Assembly (NCBI GenBank): GCA_004022145.1
Contig: RCNU01000003.1
Strand: one strand, 5' to 3'
Length of the DNA: 64,000 nt
Source: Paecilomyces variotii
Taxonomy: Eukaryota
The notes beneath the pieces were generated by a model. It made no database searches. It was not told the DNA's origin and worked only from the letters and a program-made list of their open reading frames with translations. Shown piece by piece: positions 46,501-59,653 of this stretch; positions within the stretch are counted from its first letter, which is position 1, and every line of letters starts with the position of its first letter. The position numbers were made by a program, and so were the translations under genes.

Positions 46501-48240
46501 GGGCCTGATCAGCTGTTGGTTCCGTTGCAGATCTTTCTAGTGGCTGAACTGCAGGTGTCGCAATGACGGCTGGCTCTGTAGCCGGTTCGCTAGTTGTACC
46601 TTGCAAAGGAAGACTCAAGTCATCTGCCTTTTCTTTCTGTGCCTGCTCCTCCGCCTCCGCCTCTGCCTCTGCCTCTGCTTGCGCCTCCGCTGACAGTGCT
46701 GATGTGGTTTTCAGGATACTGCTGCTGGAAGAGCCTGGACGAAGAGAGCTTGGATAGTCGGACACATCGCGAGTCTGGAGCCTGTCACTTCCACGAGACG
46801 GCGCCTGATCTCTGCCGGTAGTTTCAGACAACATCGTTCGCTGCCCTAAACTGACTGCTGGACTTTGCGCTGTAGGTTGAGCCTGTTCAGATACAGAGGC
46901 GGGAGTGGTAGGTCGGAGTGTTTCTTTGTCTCGCGGGTAGTCGGGGGCTGCATCTCGAGTTCTGCCCAGTCTGAGATCCACCATGCCTTTGCCATCTCGA
47001 GACGGGGGAGGTCTGCTCTCCTGCATCGCTGTACCCTCAGGCCGTTCAGGCCGCTCAGGTCTCGCAGGGGGCTGGTCTCGCGACGATGAGAGCGCAGGGA
47101 CAGGTAGTTGTTGACCAGGTCTCACAGGCGGTCTTCCCATCTGTTCACGACTCCGTTGGCTACGGAGCATCGGCTCATCTGGACGCTGTCGCCTGGCATC
47201 CTTATTCCCATCACGACTGGGGGCACGACCGGAATATGGAGATTGAGGTCTCCGTGGAGACGGTGGGCGTGGAGGGGGCAATGCGGCGTCTGGACGTTGA
47301 GCAGCCTGGGGGGGCATTTTGGCACCAGAAGCCGCGGCGGACCCTGCCCCAAGGAGCTGGAGTCGTTCACGCTCGTCGAATCCAATGAGGTTGGGGACTT
47401 TGCCTGCAGTGTACTTCTTATAGATTTTCACCAAACTACCGATGAAAAAGTCCTTTTCCTTGGCCGTGGCAGCCTGCCAGTAATATGGCTTTCCAATTGT
47501 AACCACGAATCCAACATTAGAGGCCCATTGTTTGTACTGTTGCTCCTGAGGCGAAGTCGGCTGCAGGGCGGTATATGTTTGAATGGCGGAGAGATCGTCC
47601 AACATCCATGTTTTTCCAATGGAGAATGACCCGTCACTATTTTCTCGAGCTTTGTGCATGCGCACCCTTCCTGATCTCCTAACCGCAACAATAATCACTC
47701 TTGCCTTTTTGTTGTCGGGTGCCGAATTGGGCGGGGCAGGGCTAGATGGATACGCGGCATCTTCTGTGATGCGAATGTGTGTAATGTATGATTCCGCGAC
47801 TATATTCATGAATCACTGATTAGCCATAGGACACGACACGCGGTAACAAACAGATAACACGCAAGTGCGCAGTATCTGGGCAACCTGGCAATCACAATGA
47901 CTGCAGATTCCCGCAACCACAAACACAAACAGCTCTCTCTTTGCCGTCTCTCCCAACCAGAGCCAGCTCTGGCTGCGCATTTCTCCTAGGCAGCCTCGAG
48001 TCTCCCTTTGCAACAAAAGCAGCGGCAACAAGACTTACCTGACCCGTCACTGTCCTGCTTTGAAAAACAGCTCCGGACAATCCTCCGCTTCTCGTCCTCA
48101 AACTTCTCAGCCCTTGACATAGACCCATCACCAGGCCGTGGGCCACTGCCATTGCGGGCATCCCCCATGGGCCGTCGTTCCTTTGGAGGTGAGACGTTAC
48201 TGGGCGGATACCCGCGCAAAGGTTCACGACCGTTCATCAT
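43585..48240 (-). CDS. SEC3: Exocyst complex component Sec3
   Basis: N-terminal PIP2-binding PH domain (ESYITHIRITED, FSIGKTW), coiled coil IEAQSQGLQVQTANQKLL, C-terminal ILLIENMNHY. Exons 48240-48039, 47799-44577, 44512-43585. Confidence 0.95.
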
Positions 48241-48881
48241 CGCGTATCTGGGGGTTCGTGAGAGTTCAGGAGATCGTGGAAGTTGTCATCTTCTGTGTGA
48301 TCAGGGCCAGCACAGTTAAGGAGAAGGCATCAATGAGTAATCGAAATCGTCCTGTCGTCTACAGACAGCACTGAGGTGTCCTGGTGGGTGAGGGAGGAGA
48401 CATCAACTGCTGGCACTGTTGGTGTAGCCACCGTCGGGGATGGAGCAGCTGGAACACTTATGGTACAGCCGCTAGCGGCGGAGACCCGGCGGAAGAAGCA
48501 TGCTTGGGGGTTGCTCAATAGCATCTACTTAGAGTGGCCTGCCAGTGCACACAAGGCTTTTCTACAGGTTCTGGGCTCTAGGATATAGCTAGAGAACGTT
48601 CACAGGAGGTTACGACAACCACCATCTCCATCTATCTATCGTGATGATTGCTTCGTGCCATCTGTTGAGCCTCAATCAATGTCATCAGGATTGCTGCGGG
48701 AGGATCCACGTGAGCAGGACGCTAGGATGTTGCTGTGTCCAATGGGAATGCTGGATCTCCTACCGCCTCGCTTAGCGTGCTTTCTTCCAGTAGGAACTTT
48801 TTCCTGCTGGTGAACTGGAAAAAAGATTGCAAGAGCATCTTCTGAATTACAGAACAGAAGGTTGTGTCACAGACAGGCATC

Positions 48882-50221
48882 ATGGCTCCGCGCAAGGCTG
48901 AGAAGGCTTCCACAGCTGGAAATGCGGCCTCCAAGGCTTCTGCTAAGAAATCAGGCGCAAATGAGGTATGATCTGCAACTTATCTCAGGTGTTATATGTT
49001 GTGTCGCTAACACCGTATGAATAGGCCTCGTTGCCTCCACAACTCATTGCGTCCGTCGCCGCTTTTCTGTCCGAGAACGGTTTTCAGAAGGCCAGCGAGG
49101 CATTCCTCAAAGATCGGAAGGCAGGAAAGACTGCAACGGAATCCAAGGATGTCCCGTCTTTGATCGATCTCTACAAGAGTTGGGAGAGCCAGAATGGCAG
49201 TGCCGGTGCTAAGAAAGCTGCCAGCCCAAGCAGCTCCAGCGAGAGTGACAGCGAAAGTGGCAGCGAAAGTGATAGTGAGAGCAGCTCAGATGAGTCTAGT
49301 GACTCCGACGTTGAGATGGGTGATGCTCCCAAGAAGACCAGCAGCAGCTCCTCTTCATCCTCGTCCTCTGCTTCCTCCTCCTCCTCGGAGTCAGACAGCG
49401 ATGCCGATGATGAGTCCGAAGAAGAAGCCCCTGCTCCCAAGTCTGGTGGCGTTAAGCGAAAAGCCGAATCGAGCTCCTCCGAATCCGAGTCCGACTCTGA
49501 ATCTGAAGATGACGCTCCCAAAGCGAAGAAGGCTAAGATCTCTAAGAAGGAAGAGTCAGAATCCTCCAGCTCTTCCTCCTCTGAGTCTTCTGACTCTTCT
49601 GAATCTGAATCTGAGTCGTCATCCTCTAGCTCCGAATCCGAATCTGGATCCAGCTCTGAATCCAGCTCTGACTCCGACTCCGACTCCGATTCTGATTCCT
49701 CCTCTTCTGACTCGGAGAAGGACACTTCCAAGAAGGCAGACAAGGCCGCCCTGAAGCAGGCAAAGAAGACACCTCTTCCTCCTTCCGATTCTAGCTCGAG
49801 CGGCTCGTCTTCGGACTCCTCGTCTTCTGATGAAGACGCCAAGCAGAAGTCCTCTAGTGACAGCAGTACTACTGTGAAGAGCGCCTCTTCTAGCTCCGGA
49901 AGCTCTTCCGACTCTTCCAACGGTTCTTATAAGAAGGCTGCCTCTGCGACTCCGAGCGGAACCAACAACGGTCCCCAGAAGAAGAAACACACCGGAGCCA
50001 AGCCTACCCCTTTAGCTGAGTTGAGCGCTAAGGCTCTGCCGAACGAACACCCGTCCAACGATTATGTGCCGTACGCGTACGCTGAGAAGGCGTACCGAGA
50101 CCTCGTCGTGACACGTGGAAAGGGATTCACCAAAGAGAAGAATAAGAAGAAGCGCGGCTCCTACCGTGGCGGTCCCATCGATATCGGCCCTAACCCTATG
50201 GCCTTCAAGTTCGAGGACTAG
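48882..50221 (+). CDS. SRP40: SRP40/Nopp140-like nucleolar Ser/acid-rich protein
   Basis: Exon 48882-48965, intron 48966-49024, LisH-like VAAFLSENGF, alternating S/D/E and K tracts, SRP40_C motif RGKGFTKEKNKKKRGSYRGGPID. Confidence 0.92.
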
Positions 50222-50819
50222 ATCCGATGTCCTTCCCTGATACCCGTGTCCACGGACCCGTCAACCAAATTCACCCGATACTCCAACAAAAAAAGTTTTT
50301 TATTTCCTTTCCGGACCTTTGACGCATCTAGCAAGGCGCTAAGTGGAGCAGTTTGTACTACCTTCTTGTGTTGATATTCTAATTCCTTCGAATTCCAAAT
50401 TCCATGTCTCCCTGTGCTGTATTAGACATGTTATGGAAAAGCAAGCAGGTTAGAGATAAAAAGTTACTTCTTTTCGTATAATTAGATTTCAATCTATCTG
50501 GTATCATTTCTTTCTTGGTCGAGACTCAAGAAGTTGGGGGTGTTCAGAGTAGTATACATGATAGGAATATTCAGAAGAATCCGATTAGAAAGAGAATATG
50601 TGTCTTTTGTATTCGCAAACTAGATACATGGTCTATGTAGTTCTATTTCCTGTAAGTAGTCAACTTTTGCCGCTGTACTGTTTCTATCAGCTCCGTTTTG
50701 CACTGTACTTTTTCTTGTGATATGCCAAATATACACATGTACAGTTTATCAAATGCATAGTATAGATTCCCTATCCATGGAACAGAAAGAGAGATCCCAT
50801 ATTGTTGTTAAGACCGTTC

Positions 50820-52634
50820 CTAATCATTACGTCGCCTCCAAGCCGCGTCCTCTTCTAATCTCTTCCATCTCCGATCCCACCCCGTCTCCCTTTCATGAAG
50901 GACATCATCATCCGTAAGCTCATGGAAAGCTTTCTGCGTTCTCAACCGTGCACTTCTGCCCATTTCCTCGGGACCAGGTCGCTCGTAGCCTGATAGGTCC
51001 AGGATCCTCTGGCCTGGAGGGGCAGATTTGCTGGTGTTCAGGTCCAGAGCGAGGTTCGTTTCGTACCAGGTGCGGCAGGAGCCGGTCAGGTCGTCTGTGG
51101 AAGCGAAGTCTAAGCGTACAATGCCATCTACTACGCCTGCGTAAACGGTCGCTGAGGACGGGGAGGGAGATGACATCATGTAGATAGGGCCGCGGTAAGT
51201 GCGATTTGTGCGCGGGTGGAGACGGCCTGAGTTGATGACGATTGGGGGTCGATGGGAGAGGAAGATGGAGAAGTCTCTGCGTGGGTAAGGGATGGTTCTT
51301 GAGGCGCCGTTGGTTTTGTTGTTGTTGTTGTTCTTGTTGCTTTTCATGGGCGGGGGTTTGGAAGATGATGAAAGTTTCGCGTCCAGATAGCTGTATGTCT
51401 TTGGCATGCGGAGGTCGAATATCTTCACGATTCCTTCGGCGCCTGCTCCGACGAGGAAACGGTCATGTCCGAAGGGATGTATGCTGTACATGGGATTAAG
51501 ATCTGTCGTGTCGCGAAACGTGGCATCGTATAGATCGTCAGAGCGGACGTCATGAAGTCTGATTCCGCCGTCGCTCCATGCAGCTAAGAATGTATCTCCC
51601 GGAGAGCCACCTCCGGTGGCTGATATGTTCAATGGTGAAAATGCAGTGACGTGGGCTTTTGGGGTGGTATAATGTACATTTGCTAGATCCTGGGGATCTA
51701 GCAAGAACTGGCGCAAGGTTGACACTTCGCTCGGCGTTATTGTGTACACGGACGCAGAGGAATTTCCAGCGCAAACCGCAAGCCTGTCAGAGGATAAGAA
51801 CTTCGAACATTTTTGACGCGACAGCTCCTGCGACGCGGCCTGCAGCTTTGAAAACGGTTGCACCTCAGGTTCTCTGGTCGTGGTGTGGAAGAAAGCTATG
51901 CTGCCGTCGTTGAAATTTGCGGCCAGGATTGATTGTGGGCCATTGTTCAGTTCAATCGCATCGATCTCGCTTCCATGTGTAATGAACTTTTGCCTATACT
52001 CATGGGTGCCCTTATCCGGTTCTATAGCCATGTGAACAAGGTCGCCGCGGACTCGTCCAAAGATGACATGTTCGTTGTCGACATCCTTTCCTGGGTGGCC
52101 TGGTCGCAGCAGATGTACACCGCAGATATCATCGTAGCTGCTTATATGGTCGAGATCATTGAACATCAGCCATTGCTCGTGTTTTCGACGACCTGACTCT
52201 TTGATCCGCAAGGCCAGTTCATCTGCGGCGCCCCAGGCCAAAACTTCTCTTCTATCCGACCAGCGATCACCCAACCACACCTCATAACTGTCTATTGCAG
52301 GGCGATAACCCAGCGTCGGGTTGTCACGCCTCGTTGCCTGGTGAGCTCCGACCTTGATTGCGTCCGGTGGCGGAATGACAAAACGACCGATGATTGCATG
52401 TCGATCGAGCGCTCGAGCGCGGGAGGTAAGAGCTTGTGTCGCATCCTTCCAGAACGGTGGTGTTTCTATTGTAGGGAATCGGTTCTGGACAAAAGCGCGA
52501 AAGATGCGCGCGTCTTCTGCGGTAATAATGTTGTACAGGCGACGGCAGGTCTGCGCGAGATGGACCAGGGCGCTAGCAGTAGGCAGAAAGGTCGCAATAT
52601 GGTACACAATCTCAGAGGGTAATTCAGAAAGCAT
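50820..52634 (-). CDS. F-box protein with a probable WD40-like beta-propeller
   Basis: N-terminal LSELPSEIVYHIATFL...LAQTCRRLY, plus GGIRLHDVR and GIVKIFDLR blade ends. Confidence 0.85.
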   Translation of the reverse strand: MLSELPSEIVYHIATFLPTASALVHLAQTCRRLYNIITAEDARIFRAFVQNRFPTIETPPFWKDATQALTSRARALDRHAIIGRFVIPPPDAIKVGAHQATRRDNPTLGYRPAIDSYEVWLGDRWSDRREVLAWGAADELALRIKESGRRKHEQWLMFNDLDHISSYDDICGVHLLRPGHPGKDVDNEHVIFGRVRGDLVHMAIEPDKGTHEYRQKFITHGSEIDAIELNNGPQSILAANFNDGSIAFFHTTTREPEVQPFSKLQAASQELSRQKCSKFLSSDRLAVCAGNSSASVYTITPSEVSTLRQFLLDPQDLANVHYTTPKAHVTAFSPLNISATGGGSPGDTFLAAWSDGGIRLHDVRSDDLYDATFRDTTDLNPMYSIHPFGHDRFLVGAGAEGIVKIFDLRMPKTYSYLDAKLSSSSKPPPMKSNKNNNNNKTNGASRTIPYPRRDFSIFLSHRPPIVINSGRLHPRTNRTYRGPIYMMSSPSPSSATVYAGVVDGIVRLDFASTDDLTGSCRTWYETNLALDLNTSKSAPPGQRILDLSGYERPGPEEMGRSARLRTQKAFHELTDDDVLHERETGWDRRWKRLEEDAAWRRRND

Positions 52635-53556
52635 TTCGGATATTGTCAGGATAGCCCGTAGGACATAGTGCTCGATCTGTAGAGGTCCAATGGTTATCGT
52701 CTGTTTCTAGGCCAACACACTACTGTGTATCGCAAAGCAACGCCGAGGTACGGTCTCGTCAGCAAATTAATCGGGGCATACTCACAGCTTGACTTGGCAG
52801 TAGCAAGAGATTCTTATATTCCAAAATCTCCACTCCTCTCTTTCCTGTTTTCTCCAATAAAGCTTGCTCTATATCTCTTTTTATGTGTTGGTATTGTCGG
52901 GAAGTTGAAGCCAACACGCTCTCGCTTAGCAGGTTAGCAATCACTCCTCACACCGACACGCTGCAAACAAAAATGATGGTCCATGTTAATGACATAAATA
53001 TTTTGAATAGAACTGCAGGAGCCACTAGCTAACAGACAACATGTTATAGGTGATTCGATGGCGGGAGGACTTATTCGCCTCCTGTCGTGTGTGATGCTCC
53101 GGTGTTCGCACAGATCTGAGCTGGCGATGTCATCAGCGCCTCTTATCGAAACCTTATCGATAAGATCGATAAGTCCACATCGACGTACAACAGCAACATC
53201 GTTCAACTGCTGTTGGGTCTGAAAGCAGTATCTGTGTCTATGGATCAAAGACATATCAAAGACATCGGGCAGCATCATCCAGGAACGTAACGTGCTATGG
53301 TGACTGTCCGAATAGTTATGATCCTCCCTTGTTGCAGCTTCGGATGCCGGCGCTGACCGCTCTGGGATCCAGCGGTCATTTATGGAAGGTCGTTGCGAAA
53401 CCGTGGGAAGTCAGCTCAATTAACTGCTGCAGGGCATGCTGGAAATATAACCATCTTTCTCCCGCGCTCCAGGGACTCCAGTATAGATAGAACCATCACA
53501 GTCGCTTTGCACCGGCTCCAAACGGTAGCGGCTATTGCATATTGCTATATTGCAAT

Positions 53557-55268
53557 ATGATCCTCTCGCCTGTTTCCGCCCTGGCGGCTCTCGGTCTATT
53601 CATCGTCTGTCTCTATCGATATATCATATATCCAGTCTTTCTGTCGCCGCTTGCGAGGATTCCAAATGCACACCCCACAGCCCCAGTATCTTCGGCCTGG
53701 ATCCTCTGGAGACGTTTCAAGGGTCAGAATAACCGGACGATCCAAGCTCTCCATGAGAAACTGGGTCCAATAGTCAGGCTTGCACCGTCAGAAATATCTA
53801 TTAACACCGTCGACGGAGGCATCAGAACTGTATATGCTGGCGGTTTCGAGAAACATGAGTGGTATCCCAATGTATTCGGGTCTTATGGGTGAGACCTACC
53901 ACACAAGAGTATAGAATAACCAGGAGAAGCAGCAAGGAACTGACCCCAAGCTAGTACCGTCAGTATGTTCACGATGACTGGGAGCAAAGCCCACTCTGCC
54001 CGGAAACGGATGCTGTCCAACATCTACTCCAAGTCTTATCTACGGTCCTCGCCGCAGCTGAAAGTCATATCACACACAGTGATATATGATCGCTTGCTTC
54101 CAATTATACAAGAAGCTGTCTATTCGAAGCTTCCTATTGATTTCCATGAACTCAATCAAGCGCTAACGATGGACTTCGTCTCGGCGTATCTTTTCGGCCT
54201 CCGCAACGGTACGAACTTCCTTCAGGACGTTCCCAGACGGAAGTACATGCTTCACGTCTACCAATGCAGAAAGCCTTTCGAATTTTATCATCAAGAAGTC
54301 CCAAATCTAGTAACCTGGACTAGAAGACTGGGAATTCCTCTGATTCCGAAATGGTGTGACGAAGCGAATGAAGTCATGGATGCTTGGGGTCTGGACATGT
54401 GCAACAAGGCAGACGAGTATCTTGAAGCAACAGACCCGGAGTCTGAACCAACGGTATATAAGCAGTTGAAGCACTCCATGGAGAAGCAGCTTCCTTCCAA
54501 AGAAGCCGATAATGTGGCCTACAGAGTGGCCTCAGAGAAACAGCGCCTTGACATCGCCTGCGAGATGTTTGATCACCTCACTGCGGGCCACGAAACTAGT
54601 GCAGTTGGTCTGACTTATTTGTTCTGGGAGATGTCGAAGCGCCCTGACTTACAGAAAGAACTTCGGGAGGAACTTCTGACTTTGTCTCCCACCATCACAT
54701 ATCCTACGCAGTCATCGACCACCCCTGAACTTCCCTCACCAAAGTCCATCGAGGCATTGCCACTCTTGAATGCGATAGTTACAGAGACATTGCGCCTCCA
54801 CGCTCCGATTCCTGGCATTCAACCTCGTGTAACACCATATCCAGCTTGCACTTTAGTCGGATATGACAATATACCTCCCAACACAAGGGTAAACGCTCAA
54901 GCTTACTCCCTCCATCGGAACCCAGACGTTTTCCCTGATCCTGAAACATGGCAGCCAAAACGATGGCTCAAGCCAGCAGATTCACCGGAACTCGAAGAGA
55001 TGAGACGGTGGTTCTGGGCATTTGGAAGTGGTGGTAGGATGTGCGTCGGAAGTAATCTGGCCCTGCAAGGTAACAATACGCCCAGCTGAACGTAATAAGA
55101 TACATCCAGCTAACGCACTATTTATCTAAAGAGATGAAGCTCACCGTTGCTGCTATTTACACCAACTACACTACCAGCATCGTTGACGATGAGGATATCG
55201 AGGCCATTGACGCGTATACGGTGAAACCAAAGGGTGAGAAACTCATACTCAGAGTCGAGCATATATAG
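53557..55268 (+). CDS. Cytochrome P450 monooxygenase
   Basis: N-terminal anchor, AGHET, ETLR, PKRW and heme motif FGSGGRMCVG. Exons 53557-53888, 53955-55069, 55132-55268. Confidence 0.95.
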
Positions 55269-55717
55269 GACCTCTATTAGTGTTCATTCCCTCAAAGCTA
55301 GGGTTGTTCAGAAACAAAAAATGAAAATCCCTCTAGATCTCAGTAACAAGCTGCTCGCTGAGGCTGTCATTAATCTAAGCAGTTCCAACTATAATTTTCC
55401 GCTTATGCTAAAACACACCAATCCTGTTTTGCTTGATTCAGGTTTTTGTCTGTCTCCGTAGAGCCGAACAGCGATCTCTGTCCGAGGAAGGATTATGGTT
55501 CCGACAATGCCTAAACAGGCTGACCGGCGCAAAAGTATTAGTGGGCCAGAAAAAACAGACACCACGGCGGGGTACCTTAAGAACCAGCAATAACCCCGTT
55601 TATAGTAATAATATTAACATAATAATACTGTCACTTGAAATCACCAAGTATAAATCCATTATCACTGATTGGCCAGCGACATTTCATCATCGTACTTCTT
55701 CAGCACAACTTCCGAAC

Positions 55718-56751
55718 ATGCCCGATAAGGACGCGGGGACACCCCGCGTATACCTCGCTCGTCATGGTATGTTGCTTCCCCCTTTTTTTCACTCTTTACC
55801 ATGCTTGATTATACATATATATAAACAAACAAAGAAAATCAATGTACAAAGAACAAGAAATAGAAACATATCATCCAGCACACAAAACTAACTAACCACT
55901 ATTACACACCACAAGGCGAGACGGAATGGACCAAAAACGGCCGCTACACCGGCGTGACAGAGCTAGAACTGACTCCTCACGGAGTAACTCAGGTCCAAAA
56001 CTCAGGCAGAGTACTGGTTGGACCAGGAAAATTGATTGACCCCTCGCGACTGGCTCATGTTTTCGTGAGTCCGCGAAAGAGGGCCCAGGATACTTTTGAT
56101 CTGCTCTTCGAGGGCGTAGGCAAGCATGACCTTGTGGATAGTGGGAGGGTCACGACGACGGAGAAGTTGGCTGAATGGGGATATGGATTGTATGAGGGGT
56201 TGGTGACGAAGGAGATTAGAGCGTTGCGGAAAGAGCATGGATTGGACCAGGAACGACCATGGAATATTTGGAAGGATGGATGTGAGGAGGGAGAGTGAGT
56301 GTTATTTTCTCTTACTTTTATTTATACCCCCTTTTATTTGAAGTTTGGGTTTTCGAGGTCCGAATTGATTCTGATGCTGATGCTCATTTTTCAGATCCCC
56401 TGAGGAAGTCACAGCTCGTCTGGATAGCCTGATTGAAGAAATCCACGCTTTCCAAGCTGGTAATATGCACGGTGAGAAAGCGGCGGATGTACTTCTCGTC
56501 GCGCACGGCCATCTCCTCCGGGCTTTCACCAAGCGCTGGCTGAAGTACCCAATGGAGTTTCCGCTATCGCTCATGATGGAGCCCGGTGCGATTGGAATCT
56601 TGAGGTATGTTCAAGGCTTTTCTATTTATAGTTGATGGAGACTACACAGGACGTCTTTTGCTAATGGTACATTTCCAGTTACGAGCATCATAACATCGAT
56701 GAGCCCGCTCTCATGGTTGGAATGGCATTTCCCAGTCAAACAGCACGATGA
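55718..56751 (+). CDS. SHB17: Histidine phosphatase (phosphoglycerate mutase family), sedoheptulose-1,7-bisphosphatase-like
   Basis: TPRVYLARHGETEW...GRYTG, SPRKRA and VAHGHLLR. Exons 55718-55766, 55916-56294, 56395-56604, 56679-56751. Confidence 0.88.
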
Positions 56752-57226
56752 GCCACCATACAGGGGGAAGGCGGCGACAACAATTAGACATAGACCTATA
56801 GACTAGAATACGTTCTCCAGCAGGATAGAGATTTTCAGATAGATAGATCTTGGAATTTTGCCTCGCTACCTTTTGGATAGAGATGATCATGTGGTATAAA
56901 TATCGCGGAAGTAGAAAACATGAAAGTAATGTACATATATCAAAAGCCAAAGTTCCAAGCCACTCTATCCTCCAGGCAAGAGAGGCATCTGCATAATTCG
57001 ATACCTCAGTGCAAGCGTAGAAGGGAGCGTTGCTCGTCGTGGTAGTATGTTTATCCCCCAACTCCTATTCATAATGCGAACATAGTATCACAGATTCTAA
57101 CATCCCTTGCACCTATCCTCACACCAAGAGTTTTCTCAGTTGGTCTAATCCCGGTAAAGGAGTCGTCGGCTGGGCGGAGGTAAATGCGCTGTCTCGATTC
57201 GATCGTATTCGATGTATTTAGATCCT

Positions 57227-57720
57227 TTAACCCAGAACACCGTTCTTCTTGCGGGGTCCAGCAACCTTGGGGAACATTCTCATCAGGTGGTAGTTGATGG
57301 TGTTCTTCTTGGTGCCCTTCGATTTCTGTGCAAGAGGAAAATACAGCATTAGCATCATTCCAACCAAAGACCCAATATAACACCGCAAGAGTATATAACA
57401 TACCGGTGCATCCATGCATGCTCGCAGCTGCTGCTCAACAGCAGCACATCCCTCCGCGCTGTATCCGGAAGAAGCCCAGCAGTCTGTTGCAGTCCGAGTT
57501 AGCCCGTCGTTTCCCTTATTGTGTATCAAACCCGCTCGAACAACCCCCTCTGGGTGCCTCGGTCAATTGGATCGAAATTTCAGGCGAACGTACTCAGAAC
57601 AGACGACATGACAGTGATGCAAGAGTTCTGCTCATGCTGGTTTGGGCGACGCACGCGGAGGTGCTGGATGGTCTGCAGACGGACCGGGTTGAGACGAGTC
57701 GGGGCACCCTTAGGAGGCAT
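57227..57720 (-). CDS. MRP10: Mitochondrial ribosomal protein mS37 (twin CX9C)
   Basis: Exons 57720-57594, 57483-57404, 57325-57227 give CITVMSSVLNCWASSG...CAAVEQQLRAC...NTINYHLMR. Confidence 0.92.
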
Positions 57721-58024
57721 TGCGGCGGTTCAAATCAACAAGGAATCACGAGGATAAAAAGAAAACCGGATCGATTCAACCCCTGCTCTGCCGCGGACCG
57801 CTGAGTTGGATGAGCGCTTGATGTTCTCCAACGACGAACCTCGAACACGCGGAAACCAAAGCTTTCGGAGGTGCCAAGACCTTTTCGCCGCCGACACTTT
57901 TCTACTGGCAGGGAATGAGCTGACATAAGCTTCTGGCAGTCGAGGTATATCAGCTCGCCAGCGCTGATAAACTCGGAACTTCCCAGCTTGCAACTTGCTA
58001 CATTATCCCCAGGAGGGTGCACAC

Positions 58025-59653
58025 ATGGAGGCTATCATGGGCGGCCGGACTGTTTCAGCCAGAGGCCTATGCGCCTTCTGCCTGCAAGCCCAACGGCGGC
58101 ATTTGTTGATGTCCGGTTACTCCAGGATATCAAGACCATCTCCGAAGTCGTTCTCTACAGTACCGCCACTTAGACAAGATGCGCCATCTTCAACGAACAA
58201 CGAAGAAAAGCAGTCCGCACTTCCAGACGATGCATCCCGAGAAGAGGGAGCCATGTCCCGGAGACTGGCCGAAATGACTGAACAATCAATGACAGAGGGA
58301 GGTCGATCTGCGCGCAAGAACATACAGGAAGCGGGATTTTCGGAGGAGTTGAAAAAACAACTGGAGGAAAGACTCGCAGCAAGTGCTTTCAAGAGTGAAA
58401 ACGCTGCTGCCATCTCTGTTGCCAATATGCCGTCCAGCGCCGGCCGTGGAACTCAGGATATCGCCGCAGCTCCAGCTTGGACTGGGTCTGAAAGCGTTCA
58501 AGACGCCACTCTCCGCATGCTCGACGACGCCAGCAAGCCAATTAAGACTCCTTACAAGATCCCAAAGCCCGGCCTTCCATCAGTTAGCCTCGCACCGTCA
58601 CCCAAAACCAAACAATCCTCCGGTCAGCGCCTCGCCAGCGCTCGCGAACGCACCATTAACTACTCTCTAAGCCAAGACTCCGGCATGTCGGAAGCAGAAC
58701 GAGAGGCGCTGCGCAAGGAGTTTCGCGAGCGGTTCACCCCGGGAGCCAGAGTCATGCCGATGTCCATCCAGGGCCTACAATCTCTCGCGAACGAACGGAT
58801 AGAAGACGCCATGGCCCGAGGCCAGTTTAAGTATATCCGTCGCGGCAAAGGCCAAGGCACACAGGAAGACCACAATGCCAACAGCGCTTTCATCGACACA
58901 ACGGAATATTTCATGAACAAAATCATCCAGAAACAGGAGATCGTCCCTCCCTGGATCGAGAAGCAGCAAGAACTCGCACGGGAGGTGGACCGATTCCGCC
59001 AACGCATCCGCAGTGATTGGAGACGACACGCTGCCCGGCTTATCGCAAGCCAAGGAGGATCTCTCCTGGACCAGATGAAGCGTGCGCGCGCCTACGCTGC
59101 AGCAGAGTCTCGACTCACCGCCCAGCGGCTGGCGTCAGTAGCATCTGATTCGGATCAATCCGTCACCCAAATCAACTCAGATGGACGCATAGTTCCATCC
59201 CGAACTCCATCATCAGAGCAGGACTCTGCTTCACCACCCACAGAATCATCCGAAGAACCACTTCCTCACCTCCCCCCTCTTCGCGACCCGGAGTACCTCT
59301 CCATCGAGCGCGGCTACCACGAACTCACCATCAAAACCCTCAACGCCTTAACCCGCTCCTATAACCTTCAAGCTCCCGCAATGGCTCAGAAACCATATCT
59401 GAATCTCGAGAGAGAACTAACAAACTGTTACGCGGATGTGGCGCCCTCACTAGCAGACGAAATTAAGCGACGAGCAACGGAGCGGGCGAGGGGACCTGCA
59501 CTGCCGCCGAGCCAGAGGTCCTCTAGTGTGTTCGAGATGCTGGCTACGAAGCAGGCGACGCGAGTTTACAGTGAAGATCCTTCCAAGGAGTACGGGTTCA
59601 AGGATTTCTGGAAGGACCTCTTTGGAAGGAAGAAAGAGGGCCAAACGGGATAG
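58025..59653 (+). CDS. DUF1992 (DNAJC28 conserved domain) protein, probably mitochondrial
   Basis: LANERIEDAMARGQF...DTTEYFMNKIIQKQEIVPPWIE. Presequence-like N-terminus. Start is ATG 58025 or 58037. Confidence 0.85.
   Translation: MEAIMGGRTVSARGLCAFCLQAQRRHLLMSGYSRISRPSPKSFSTVPPLRQDAPSSTNNEEKQSALPDDASREEGAMSRRLAEMTEQSMTEGGRSARKNIQEAGFSEELKKQLEERLAASAFKSENAAAISVANMPSSAGRGTQDIAAAPAWTGSESVQDATLRMLDDASKPIKTPYKIPKPGLPSVSLAPSPKTKQSSGQRLASARERTINYSLSQDSGMSEAEREALRKEFRERFTPGARVMPMSIQGLQSLANERIEDAMARGQFKYIRRGKGQGTQEDHNANSAFIDTTEYFMNKIIQKQEIVPPWIEKQQELAREVDRFRQRIRSDWRRHAARLIASQGGSLLDQMKRARAYAAAESRLTAQRLASVASDSDQSVTQINSDGRIVPSRTPSSEQDSASPPTESSEEPLPHLPPLRDPEYLSIERGYHELTIKTLNALTRSYNLQAPAMAQKPYLNLERELTNCYADVAPSLADEIKRRATERARGPALPPSQRSSSVFEMLATKQATRVYSEDPSKEYGFKDFWKDLFGRKKEGQTG

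Noticed and set aside
48641-48720. C-box-like RTGATGA motifs (also near 5609, 25301, 60015) as possible C/D snoRNAs
   Set aside because: No suitably placed D box with a terminal stem or recognisable rRNA guide was found.
49171-49920. Long antisense ORFs (also 24238-24963, 29106-29792, 43765-44496, 44786-45661)
   Set aside because: They are shadows of real sense-strand genes, caused by low-complexity or biased codon usage.
53557-55268. P450 as part of a secondary-metabolite cluster
   Set aside because: Its neighbours are housekeeping-type genes, and there is no PKS, NRPS or terpene synthase in the window.
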